Positions 29,624 through 38,771 of a DNA stretch of 64,000 bases are shown in pieces. Positions within the stretch are counted from its first letter, which is position 1, and each line of letters opens with the position of its first letter. A model generated the notes under the pieces. It saw only the letters and a program-made list of their open reading frames with translations, had not been told where the DNA came from and did no database searches. This stretch comes from an uncultured Acidobacteriaceae bacterium (GTDB taxonomy: Bacteria; Acidobacteriota; Terriglobia; Terriglobales; Acidobacteriaceae). The stretch spans positions 192-64,191 of the forward strand of contig CAWCWC010000004.1 of NCBI GenBank assembly GCA_963799175.1. The letters run 5' to 3'. The translations under genes and the position numbers were made by a program.

Positions 29624-32319
29624 ATGTCAGAAACCACTAAAAAGTTCTACCTCACCACGCCGATCTACTACGTCAACGCCCGCCCGCACATCGGCCACGC
29701 CTACACCACCATCGCCGCCGATGTCATCGCGCGACGCCACCGCCTGCTCGGCGACGACACCTTCTTTCTCACCGGCACCGACGAGCACGGACAGAAGGTG
29801 CAGCGGTCGGCAGCCGCAGCCGGTATTCCGCCGCAACAGTTTACCGACGAAGTCTCCGCCAGCTTCCGCAACCTATGGAAGCGCATGGGCCTCACCAACG
29901 ACGATTACATTCGCACCACCGAAGCCCGTCACCACTGCGGCGTCCAGCACCTCTGGCGCGAACTCGAAGCCCGAGGCGCCATCTATCTCAGCTCCTACAC
30001 CGGCCAGTACTGTGTCTCCGACGAGGCCTTCGCCGATGTTCCCGTCGGCGCGCCCTGTCCCATCTGCGGCCGCCCCACCGAGACCATCACCGAGGAGAAC
30101 TACTTCTTCCGCCTCTCCGACTACCAGCTCCCCCTCATCGACCTCATCGAATCCGGCGCCCTCCACATCCAGCCCGATACCGCCCGCAACGAAGTCCTCA
30201 GCTTCCTTCGCGGCGGATTGAAAGACCTCTCCATCTCCCGCACCACATTCGACTGGGGCATCCCCGTTCCCGGCAATCCCAAGCACGTCGTTTACGTCTG
30301 GCTGGATGCGCTCGCCAACTACATCACTGCCATCGGTTACGGCTCCGACGACCCCATAGAGCAGGCTAAGTTCGCACGCTACTGGCCCGCCGACCTCCAC
30401 CTCGTCGGCAAGGAGATCACCCGCTTCCACTGCGTCTACTGGCCTGCGATCCTGCTCGCCGCCGGACTGCCACTGCCCAAATCCATCGTCGCCAACGGCT
30501 GGCTGCTCTTTGAAGAGTCCAAGATGTCCAAGTCACGCGGCAACGTCGTCCGCACCGAGACCATCCTCGACGCCTTCGGCCCCCTCTGCCCACCAACAAA
30601 TAGCTCGGGTGCCCCATCCATGACGGGGTCTCATCCCGGCATGGGTGGGAACGTAATCCCTTCCCCTGCCGAGTCTCCAAACCTTACCCCTCCCGGTCTT
30701 TCCGGAGATAGCACCGGGCTTCAGCCCGGTGAATCAGGGGCCAATAACGATGGGGCTTTAGCCCCCGGGACAACATCTGCCGCGCCCGGTCTTTCCGGAG
30801 GGAGCAGGCTTCAGCCCCCTGAATCGACGCCCCATGTAGAAAGCTCGGGTGCCCCATCCATGACGGGGTCTCATCCCGGCATGGGTGGGAATGTAATCCC
30901 TTCCCCTGCCGAGTCTCCAAACCTTACCCCTCCCGGTCTTTCCGGAGATAGCACCGGGCTTCAGCCCGGTGAATCAGGGGCCAATAACAATGGGGCTTTA
31001 GCCCCCGGGACAACATCTGCCGCGCCCGGTCTTTCCGGAGGGAGCAGGCTTCAGCCCCCTGAATCGACGCCCCATGTAGAAAGCTCGGGTGCCCCATCCA
31101 TGACGGAGTCTCATCCCGGCATGGGTGGGAATGTAATCCCTTCCCCTGCCGAGTCTCCCATCCTTACCCCGCCCACCAAAGCCCAGCAAGACCTCTTCGC
31201 CGCCGACGTGCTCCGCTACTTCCTGCTGCGCGAGATTCCCTTCGGCCAGGACGGCACCTTCTCCTTCGACGCCCTCATCACCCGCTACAACGCCGACCTC
31301 GCCAACGGCTACGGCAACCTCGTCAGCCGCACGCTGAAATGATTCAGCAAGTATTTCGACGGAGTCAGGTATCCAGATGCCTCCAAATCTGCGGAACTCG
31401 ACCTGATGACAGCCGCAGCCTTTCGATCCGCGCTTGAACATACCGATTCGCTAGATCTCATGAACGCATTTAAATGACTGCCGAACTTCAATGCAGCTTC
31501 TTGAGGAGATATCTTCCTACATCAGCGGCACAGACAAGAACGATTTCTGACCGTGCGCCTTGGAGGCTCGTCGCAGCCGGCGAGATGACAGCTGATCGTC
31601 GGCACACCCTTTATTCAGCCGCCGAATCGATCCGCATCATCACTGCCCTGCTCTACCCCATCCTCCCCTACGCCACCGCCTCCGTCTGGCAACAGCTTGG
31701 CCTGGGAAGCATCGAACAAGCAGCACGTGACGGCAAACTAAAAGACCTGAAGTGGGGCGGCCTCAAGCCCGGCACAAAACTCGGCCCCCTCGCCCCTATA
31801 TTTCCCCGAGCAGACAAAGGACTCGCCCAAATTATGACCGATATGGAAAATCCCACCCCCACACCCGATCCCGCCGCAGCATCCTCCATCCCATCCCCCG
31901 AGGCCCTGAACGCTGTGCATCCACGTGTCCCCAGCGCCCCACCGCCCCAACTGACAACCTGCAACCTGCAACTGGCACCTCGCCCCTGATCTCCATCGAC
32001 GACTTCGCCAAGGTCGATCTCCGCGTCGCGCAGATCGTCGTCGCCGAGCGCATCCCAAAAGCCGACAAACTCCTCCGCCTCGAAGTCGATCTCGGCCCCA
32101 ACTTCCCTCGCCGCCAGATCCTCGCCGGCATCGCCGAGTACTACACCCCCGAATCCCTCATCGGCCGCAAGGTAGTCATCGTAGCCAATCTCGCCCCACG
32201 CAAGATGCGCGGCCTGGAGTCGCAGGGGATGGTCGTCGCCGCCTCGGTCGGCCCTGCCGGCGCACCTGTCCTCACCGGTTTCTTGGAGAACGTCGAACTC
32301 GGGTGCTCGCCTGAAGTAG
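29624..32319 (+). CDS. metG: methionine--tRNA ligase with a ~207-aa in-frame repeat insertion and several apparent frameshifts in the 3' half
   Basis: [29 protein letters not shown] and KMSKS. Fragments at 31474..31989 ([12 protein letters not shown]) and ~31985..32319 ([13 protein letters not shown]...ILAGIA...[15 protein letters not shown]) complete the anticodon and tRNA-binding domains. Confidence 0.93.
30602..31170 (+). repeat. 240-bp tandem repeat (about 2.4 copies) built from REP-like palindromes, in frame in metG
   Basis: Units start at 30602, 30842 and 31082 (AGCTCGGGTGCCCCATCC...). Each full unit holds one family B hairpin and three family A hairpins. Copies differ by single substitutions. 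Confidence 0.95.
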
Positions 32320-32420
32320 CCATCGGCGCACCTTAAATAGCCGTTCATCGCACCACTCTGGCCCACTAAAGTTTCGCTTTCGTTCTAACCACTTCGCGTC
32401 ACGAGGAGTCTTACAGATAT

Positions 32421-34058
32421 ATGGCTACTCCGGTTGCAGTTCCGCTGAGCGTAAGCGAGATGTCCATGACCGAGGTGGAGCGCGCTCAGGCCCTGGCCAT
32501 GCGCTACCACGCCGAGTTCGTCGACCTGAAGAACTTCAAAATCTCGCATGAGCTCTTCAAGAGCGTTCCCGTCGACATGATGTTCCGCTACAACTTCGTC
32601 CCCCTGGAGCAGCTCGAGGGCCGTCTCGCCATCGCCGTCAGCGATCCCTCCAAGCTGATGATGCTCGACGAGATCTCCGGCCTCCTCGGCCAGCGCCTGG
32701 TAACCCGCGTCGCCACCATGTCGCAGATCACCGACCTGCTCAAGAAGACCGAGCAGTCGCAGCGCGTCCTCGACGAAGCCAGCGAGGGCCTCGCCTTCGA
32801 TGTCCTCTCCGACGAGGACAATCCCGACGAGAACATCTCCATCGAGCGGCTCACCGGCGAGGACGACATCTCGCCCATCATCCGCCTGGTCGATACCACC
32901 ATCTTCACCGCGCTGGAGCGCCGCGCCTCCGACATCCACCTCGAGACCTGCGACGACTGCCTGATGGTGAAGTACCGCATCGACGGCGTGCTGCAGCAGG
33001 CCATGGCGCCCATCGCGCGCGAGCATCATCAGACCATCCTCTCCCGCATCAAGGTCATGTCCGAGCTGGACATCGCCGAGCGCCGCGTTCCCCAGGATGG
33101 CCGCTTCCGCGTGCGCTACAAGGGCCGCCTCATCGACTTTCGCGTCTCCATCATGCCCACCGTGCATGGCGAGAACGCCGTCCTCCGCGTGCTCGACAAG
33201 GAGTCCATGTCGGAGAAGTTCAAGAAGCTCTCCCTCGACGTGGTCGGTTTCGCTGCCGACGATCTGGAGCGCTTCCGCCGCTACATCAAGGAACCCTACG
33301 GCATGGTGCTGGTCACCGGCCCCACCGGCTCCGGCAAAACCACCACCCTCTACGCCGCGCTCAACGAGATCAAGTCCGAAGAAGACAAGATCATCACCAT
33401 CGAGGACCCGGTCGAGTACCAGATTCGCGGCATCACCCAGATTCCCGTCAACGAGAAAAAAGGCCTCACCTTCGCCCGCGGCCTGCGCTCCATCCTGCGC
33501 CACGACCCCGACAAGATTCTGGTCGGCGAAATCCGCGACGCCGAAACCGCGCAGATCGCCATCAACTCCGCGCTCACCGGCCACCTCGTCTTCACCACTG
33601 TCCACGCCAACAACGTCGTCGACGTCCTCGGCCGCTTCCTCAACATGGGCGTCGAGCCATACAACTTCGTCTCCGCGCTTAACTGCATCCTCGCCCAGCG
33701 CCTGGTCCGCACGGTCTGCGAGTTCTGCGTGCGCGACGTGCACTACTCCGACGCCGAGCTGCTGGCCAGCGGCCTGGAGCCGGACGAGTGGCGCGGCTTC
33801 AACTTCCGCGAAGGCCCCGGCTGCATGGAGTGCGCGGGCACCGGCTTCCGCGGCCGCTCCGCCATCCACGAACTGCTCGAGCTGGACGACGAGATCCGCG
33901 AGATGCTCCTCGCCAAGCGGCCCGGCAGCGAGATTCGCAAGAAGGCGCGCGACAAGGGCATGAACTTCCTGCGCGACTCCGCCATCCAGCGCGTCCGCCT
34001 CGGCATCACCACACTCAAAGAGATCAATAAAGTCACCTTCATCGAGGCAAATAGGTAA
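32421..34058 (+). CDS. pilB: type IV pilus / T2SS assembly ATPase (PilB/GspE)
   Basis: ASDIHLE, LDIAERRVPQDG, GPTGSGKTTT, TIEDPVE, LRHDPD, GEIRD, TGHLV and a tetracysteine motif. Confidence 0.92.
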   Translation: MATPVAVPLSVSEMSMTEVERAQALAMRYHAEFVDLKNFKISHELFKSVPVDMMFRYNFVPLEQLEGRLAIAVSDPSKLMMLDEISGLLGQRLVTRVATMSQITDLLKKTEQSQRVLDEASEGLAFDVLSDEDNPDENISIERLTGEDDISPIIRLVDTTIFTALERRASDIHLETCDDCLMVKYRIDGVLQQAMAPIAREHHQTILSRIKVMSELDIAERRVPQDGRFRVRYKGRLIDFRVSIMPTVHGENAVLRVLDKESMSEKFKKLSLDVVGFAADDLERFRRYIKEPYGMVLVTGPTGSGKTTTLYAALNEIKSEEDKIITIEDPVEYQIRGITQIPVNEKKGLTFARGLRSILRHDPDKILVGEIRDAETAQIAINSALTGHLVFTTVHANNVVDVLGRFLNMGVEPYNFVSALNCILAQRLVRTVCEFCVRDVHYSDAELLASGLEPDEWRGFNFREGPGCMECAGTGFRGRSAIHELLELDDEIREMLLAKRPGSEIRKKARDKGMNFLRDSAIQRVRLGITTLKEINKVTFIEANR

Positions 34059-34061
34059 GAA

Positions 34062-34101
34062 CAGTTGCAGGTTGTTAGTTGTTGGTTGTTGGTACTTAGT
34101 T
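34062..34101. repeat. degenerate heptamer tandem repeat
   Basis: CAGTTGC AGGTTGT TAGTTGT TGGTTGT TGGTACT TAGTT. Its reverse complement shares CAACCTGCAACTG with a similar array at 31948-31978 inside metG. Confidence 0.6.
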
Positions 34102-34155
34102 AAACGAGCTTTCGTAAATCGATTAAGACAGCCAGGTTTTGGAATCATGTTAGCC

Positions 34156-34372
34156 AGGTTTTGAAAGGGCGGAAATTTAGCCCGGCAGCTAGGTTTTGAA
34201 GGGGAAGACTACAGTCCCGCACCCAGGTTTTGATAGGGCGGAAATTTAGCCCGGCAGCTAGGTTTTAAAGGGGAAGACTACAGTCCCGCACCCAGGTTTT
34301 GATAGGGCGGGACTTTAGTCCCGCCGAAAGCCCAGCATCCATCACGGGGCTTTAGCCCCTGAGGGAATGTCG
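34156..34372 (+). repeat. tandem array of family A half-elements (69-bp period) ending in a complete element
   Basis: AGGTTTT-starting units at 34156, 34191, 34225, 34260 and 34294 alternate 35/34 bp. The last unit has GGCGGGACTTTAGTCCCGCC...GGGGCTTTAGCCCC-TGAGGGAATGTC. Confidence 0.9.
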
Positions 34373-34426
34373 AACACATTCTCGATCACTCTTGTATTCA
34401 CGAAAGAACGATTAGTCTAGAACAGC

Positions 34427-35581
34427 ATGGATTTTTTACCGAGATCGTTGGGAACGCGGCCGCGTCTGGCCTGCGAGGTGCGTGCCGAGGGCGTGGTTGC
34501 CGCACGCGCCGAAGACGCATTGGCCGTGCTATCCGCGGTCGCGCGTGTCCCCTTGGCCGACCAGATTGTACTTCCCCGCCCGCAAGGCGACGACGACTCT
34601 ACATCCCCCGGCGTGGGTGGTAACGCATCAGGCCGCGCTGCCATCGTCGCCGCACTGCGCAAGGCGCTCGAGGCGGTCTCTCTCCGCTCGCGCGAAGTCA
34701 CCTTGATCGTTCCTGACGCCGCTGTCCGCGTCCTTCTGCTGGACTTCGACGAGCTTCCCGCCAAGCCCGTCGAGGCGCTACCCGTCGTCCGCTTCCGCCT
34801 CAAGAAGCTTCTCCCCTTCGATGCCGACGACGCCGCCATAAGCTATCAGGTCATGGCCACCGCGAAGGGCTCTTTGCAGGTCCTCGCCGTCGCCATGCCT
34901 CGTCAGTTGCTGGCAGATTACGAGTCCGTCGTCCGCGAGGCTGGCTTCGAGCCGGGAGCTGTACTGCCCAGCACCCTCGCTGCCCTGGCCGGTCTGCCCG
35001 AGCAGGATGCGCCCGTGCTTGTGGTCAACGCCGGGCGCGACGGTGTGACTACCGCAATCGTGAAGGCCGGAGTCCTGCTGCTGCACCGCACCGTCGATCT
35101 GGGAGCGGACCTGCGCGCCGATACCGCAGCCGCACAACTTGCAGCCATCGCTCTTCAAGCTCCTCCGTCCGGACCCGAGCAGTGGCCGCGCCAGGAGCCC
35201 ATCGGCTTCACCGGCCGGAACGACGCCGCTGCCGCCATCGAGGCGTCATCTCTCGCCCACGAGATTGAACAGGAGGTCGCCCACGAGGTCGCCCACCAGT
35301 GGAGCCTCACGGAGACAGCCGGAGAGGTCGCCCAAGCGGTCAGTGTCGCCGCAGCCTACTTCGAGGACACGCTGCAAACACCCCCTGCGGCAGTCCATGC
35401 AACCGGCACGCTGGGTGCTACAACGCTGGCCGCGCTGCTGGGCGATGCGCATGTCGGCCCACTCGCCGTGCAGGAGATGCTGCACTCCCAGATGCTCGGA
35501 GCCGGAGCAACCTCGGCCGGCTCACCCGGCGGGGTTCCCTTGGGCTGGCTTGCTGGAGTTCGGGGGGCGCTGGCCAACTGA
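34427..35581 (+). CDS. PilM-like type IV pilus alignment protein
   Basis: Actin-like fold pattern (VTLIVPDAAVRV...RFRLKKLLPFD...LAVAMP...GFEPGAV) and position between pilB and pilN. Confidence 0.7.
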   Translation: MDFLPRSLGTRPRLACEVRAEGVVAARAEDALAVLSAVARVPLADQIVLPRPQGDDDSTSPGVGGNASGRAAIVAALRKALEAVSLRSREVTLIVPDAAVRVLLLDFDELPAKPVEALPVVRFRLKKLLPFDADDAAISYQVMATAKGSLQVLAVAMPRQLLADYESVVREAGFEPGAVLPSTLAALAGLPEQDAPVLVVNAGRDGVTTAIVKAGVLLLHRTVDLGADLRADTAAAQLAAIALQAPPSGPEQWPRQEPIGFTGRNDAAAAIEASSLAHEIEQEVAHEVAHQWSLTETAGEVAQAVSVAAAYFEDTLQTPPAAVHATGTLGATTLAALLGDAHVGPLAVQEMLHSQMLGAGATSAGSPGGVPLGWLAGVRGALAN

Positions 35582-36426
35582 TGCGCATTGCAATCAATCT
35601 CGCCACCCGCCCCTTCGTCGAGCTGCGGCCCCTCTTTGCCCGGCTTCGGCTCACCATGGCCGCTCTTGCGCTCACCGCCATCGTGCTCGGCATTGGCCTG
35701 CATATGCTCAACGCACGTGCGCGCGAAGCCCAGGCGCAGATGGACGATCTCAAGAAGCAGACTCTCGCCATACAGCTCGAGCGGCAGACCAACGAAGCCC
35801 GCATGAGGCAGCCGCAGAACCGCGCTGTCCTCGAACGCTCCACCTTCCTCAACGATCTCTTCGCCCGCAAGAGCTTCAGTTGGACAGCGGTGATGATGGA
35901 CCTGGAACGAGTGCTTCCGGCGGGCGTCCAGGTCACCAGCATCGAACCCGCGATCTCCGCGGAGGGCAACGTCAACATCCGCCTGCACGTCAGCGGGCAG
36001 CGCGATCTCGCCGTCGATCTGGTGCGCAATCTGGAACAAAGCCAGCGATTCCTCACTCCGCGGCTGGCCAATGAGACGGCGCAGTCGCAGGAGCGCGGCC
36101 TTCAGCCTGTCGCCGACACAGGTGCTCCCGGAGGCGTCGAGTTCGATATTTTAAGCGGCTACAATCCTTTGCCCCCCTCGGCCAAGGACCGCGAGCAGGA
36201 ACAAAACGATAAGGGCGCAGAGCAAAAAAACACGGTGGGCCGGAAAAAACCGGCCATCGCGTCAGGGCCTAAAGCCATCGCGAATTCAAAACCCGCCTCA
36301 GACCATCGGCTCGCCGCCAATCCAAAGCCCGCCGCCGGCCCTAAGCATGCGGCCTCGCCGCATCCTAAGACTGCGGCCGTATCCTCTCCGGCCAAGAAAC
36401 AGCCAGCCAAAGGGGGTGCCCAGTGA
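35581..36426 (+). CDS. PilN-domain protein
   Basis: MRIAINLATRP N-terminus, one TM helix, coiled coil and SWTAVMMDLERVLPAGVQVTSI. Confidence 0.8.
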   Translation: MRIAINLATRPFVELRPLFARLRLTMAALALTAIVLGIGLHMLNARAREAQAQMDDLKKQTLAIQLERQTNEARMRQPQNRAVLERSTFLNDLFARKSFSWTAVMMDLERVLPAGVQVTSIEPAISAEGNVNIRLHVSGQRDLAVDLVRNLEQSQRFLTPRLANETAQSQERGLQPVADTGAPGGVEFDILSGYNPLPPSAKDREQEQNDKGAEQKNTVGRKKPAIASGPKAIANSKPASDHRLAANPKPAAGPKHAASPHPKTAAVSSPAKKQPAKGGAQ

Positions 36427-37091
36427 ACGCGCTCACTGCAATCAAGCCCAGGCTTTCACCCGGCAATGCGTTGCGCCAGACACGGACCCTGCTCAGCCCG
36501 CTCAACCTGCACTGGGCGGGGGTAGGGCTGCTGGCTGTGGTGAATCTCTATCTTCTGGCCCAGATGGGATTCCTCTGGCAGACGTCGAGTCGCTACAACG
36601 CCGACGCAATCGCCCAACAGCGCATCGCTCTCAAGACCGCCGGAATCGCCGCGCAGCCCCTGCGCGGACTCGATGCCAAGCTGGCGCGTGCCACGCAGGA
36701 GGCGGACCGCTTCACCCGCCAGCGCCTACCCGCATCGGACTCCGAGGTGGCTGCCGAGCTTGGCGCGCTCACCAAGAAGCAGGCTGTGCGCCTGACCCGA
36801 GCGCAGTATACGCATACTCCGGTGCTTGTCGGCTCGGCCAACCAGATGACCGAAGTGCGCATCGACGCCACCCTCAGCGGCGACTACCGCCCGCTCGTCC
36901 AGTTCATCAACTCCATCGAGCGCGACAAGCTCTTCTTCGTCATCGACACACAGACGCTCACCGGCCAGCAGAGCGGCACCGTCAACCTCAGGGTGGGCAT
37001 GAAGACGTATGAGCAGGGAGTCGTGGCGCAGGATCGGCCTTCTGCTGCGGGCGCAACTGCGGACAGCGCGGATGGAGGGCCTGGACGATGA
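36423..37091 (+). CDS. PilO/GspM-like protein
   Basis: TM helix, coiled coil and LSGDYRPLVQFINSIER. Position in the operon. Confidence 0.65.
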   Translation: MNALTAIKPRLSPGNALRQTRTLLSPLNLHWAGVGLLAVVNLYLLAQMGFLWQTSSRYNADAIAQQRIALKTAGIAAQPLRGLDAKLARATQEADRFTRQRLPASDSEVAAELGALTKKQAVRLTRAQYTHTPVLVGSANQMTEVRIDATLSGDYRPLVQFINSIERDKLFFVIDTQTLTGQQSGTVNLRVGMKTYEQGVVAQDRPSAAGATADSADGGPGR

Positions 37092-37720
37092 GGATTCCCA
37101 GCAACAGAGGCTCCGAGGACCGCATGAAGATCGTCGCGGTGGCTGTCTTTGTCCTTATCCTCACTGCGCTCATTTACTTTGAGTACTTTTACACCGGCGC
37201 GCCCGCAACGCCAGCTCCCGCCGCTTCGGAGAACAACGCGGCCCCGGCAGCCAATCCGGCCTCGGGAGCCGCCGCCAGGACCGTGGGCACAACCTCGTCC
37301 GCGCTCGACCCAACCCTGCACATGGAAGCCATGCTGGTCACTGAGTCGCTGCAGTACTCCGGAAGCGGTCGCAATATTTTTTCCGCAAACTCTGCGCCGG
37401 TTGTGACAATTCCTAACCCCGTTACCGCGGCAAGGCCGAATGCGCAGCAAGCGGCTGTCGTTGTACCCTGTCCGCCGAACTGCCCCCCGCCACCACCGCC
37501 GCCTCCACCGCCGCCCATCGACCTGAAGTTCTTCGGCACGGAGAACCCTCCCAACGGGGCGCGGCAGGCCTTTCTGCTGCATGACGACAGCGTCTTCCTG
37601 GCCTCCGCCGGCGATGTCGTGCTGCGCCGCTACCGCGTTGTCTCGATTGAGGAGAAGTCCATCCGCGTAGAAGATTTGCAATTCCAGAACACGCAAACTC
37701 TTCCCTTGCTGGCAAACTAA
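37088..37720 (+). CDS. PilP/GspC-like membrane-anchored protein
   Basis: TM helix, GRNIF, a poly-Pro linker and LKFFG...AFL...GDVVLRRYRVVSI. Position in the operon. Confidence 0.55.
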   Translation: MRIPSNRGSEDRMKIVAVAVFVLILTALIYFEYFYTGAPATPAPAASENNAAPAANPASGAAARTVGTTSSALDPTLHMEAMLVTESLQYSGSGRNIFSANSAPVVTIPNPVTAARPNAQQAAVVVPCPPNCPPPPPPPPPPPIDLKFFGTENPPNGARQAFLLHDDSVFLASAGDVVLRRYRVVSIEEKSIRVEDLQFQNTQTLPLLAN

Positions 37721-38748
37721 TGGTCATCGACAAAGTACAAGGTGCAAGCCGCGAAGAAGGGCCGCAGCCGGCTGGCGAGCAGGGTTTTATGCTGCTGGGC
37801 CTCATCGTGGTCATCGCCATCATTCTGATTGCGCTCAGCGTGGCCGCGTCTAAAGAGGCCTTCGCCCTGCGCCGCGAGCGTGAAGCGGAGTCGGCGCGCC
37901 GGGCCAACCAGTACGTGCGCGCCATCCAGTTGTACTATAGGACGTTCCAGCGCTACCCTGCCTCCATCGAGCAGTTGGAGAAGAGCAACAACGTTCGCTA
38001 TCTCCGTAAGCGCTACGTCGACCCGCTCACCGGCAAGGCCGACTATCGCCTGATCGCGGTGGGACAGAACCAGACTACCGTCAAGGGCTTCTTCGGAGAA
38101 CCGCTCTCCGCCATCGGAGGCCCAGGCTTGGGAGCGCTGGCGGGAATGCAGTCCAGCGGCATGGGCGGAGCAGGGGGTGCGAACGGCTCGGCCGGAGTGA
38201 ATGGTGCCGCAGGCACAAATGGGGCCGCAGGCACAAATGGGGCCACCGGTGGGAACGGCGCCGTTGGGACAGCGGGAGCGAACAGCTCAATGTTCGCAAG
38301 CGGTCAGTCAGGATTCGCTGGCCAAACAGGATTCGGTGGTCAGTCAGGCTTTGGGGCACAGTCGAGTCTGGGAACCGCTGCTGGTATAGGAGGCCAGTCG
38401 GCTACAGGATTTGGCGGCTCGGTAGGGGGGCCGTTCATGGGGGTCGGCAGTAGCGCATCCGGTAACTCTATCCTTACGCCAAATGAGCAGACCTCCTACC
38501 AGACCTGGGAGTTTCTCTACGATCCGCGTCTCGAACTATTGAAGCTGGCAGCCACCCTGAACGGAAACTCCGGCATGGGCGGGGGCGCGATCGGCCAGTC
38601 GCCGGGTAGCATCGGCCAGCCTCCGAGCGGATTTGGACCGCAGTCGAATGGCCCTGGCCAGACGCCGGGCGGCTTTGGACAGTCGCCGGGTAACGGCGGG
38701 CAGTCGCCCTCAACTCCCAATGGCACCAACCAGCCGACCTCGCCATAG
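37720..38748 (+). CDS. prepilin-type pseudopilin / T2SS protein with a Gly-rich region
   Basis: QG|FMLLGLIVVIAIILIAL type III signal, RYLRKRYVDPLTG and Gly/Ser/Gln repeats. Confidence 0.75.
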   Translation: MVIDKVQGASREEGPQPAGEQGFMLLGLIVVIAIILIALSVAASKEAFALRREREAESARRANQYVRAIQLYYRTFQRYPASIEQLEKSNNVRYLRKRYVDPLTGKADYRLIAVGQNQTTVKGFFGEPLSAIGGPGLGALAGMQSSGMGGAGGANGSAGVNGAAGTNGAAGTNGATGGNGAVGTAGANSSMFASGQSGFAGQTGFGGQSGFGAQSSLGTAAGIGGQSATGFGGSVGGPFMGVGSSASGNSILTPNEQTSYQTWEFLYDPRLELLKLAATLNGNSGMGGGAIGQSPGSIGQPPSGFGPQSNGPGQTPGGFGQSPGNGGQSPSTPNGTNQPTSP

Positions 38749-38771
38749 CCTCGTAGACCCGCGCCAATCCA

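Noticed and set aside
30581-31201. Intein or intron in metG
   Set aside because: There is no terminal His-Asn/Cys-Ser-Thr junction, no Hint or homing-endonuclease motif and no group I/II intron hallmark. The insert is explained by tandem palindromic repeats.
31340-31560. Diversity-generating (hypervariable) segment in metG
   Set aside because: No template repeat or reverse transcriptase is in the window. The region is better explained by natural divergence plus consensus errors.
34134-34372. CRISPR array
   Set aside because: The units repeat in full with no unique spacers, derive from the REP-like family, and no cas genes are present.
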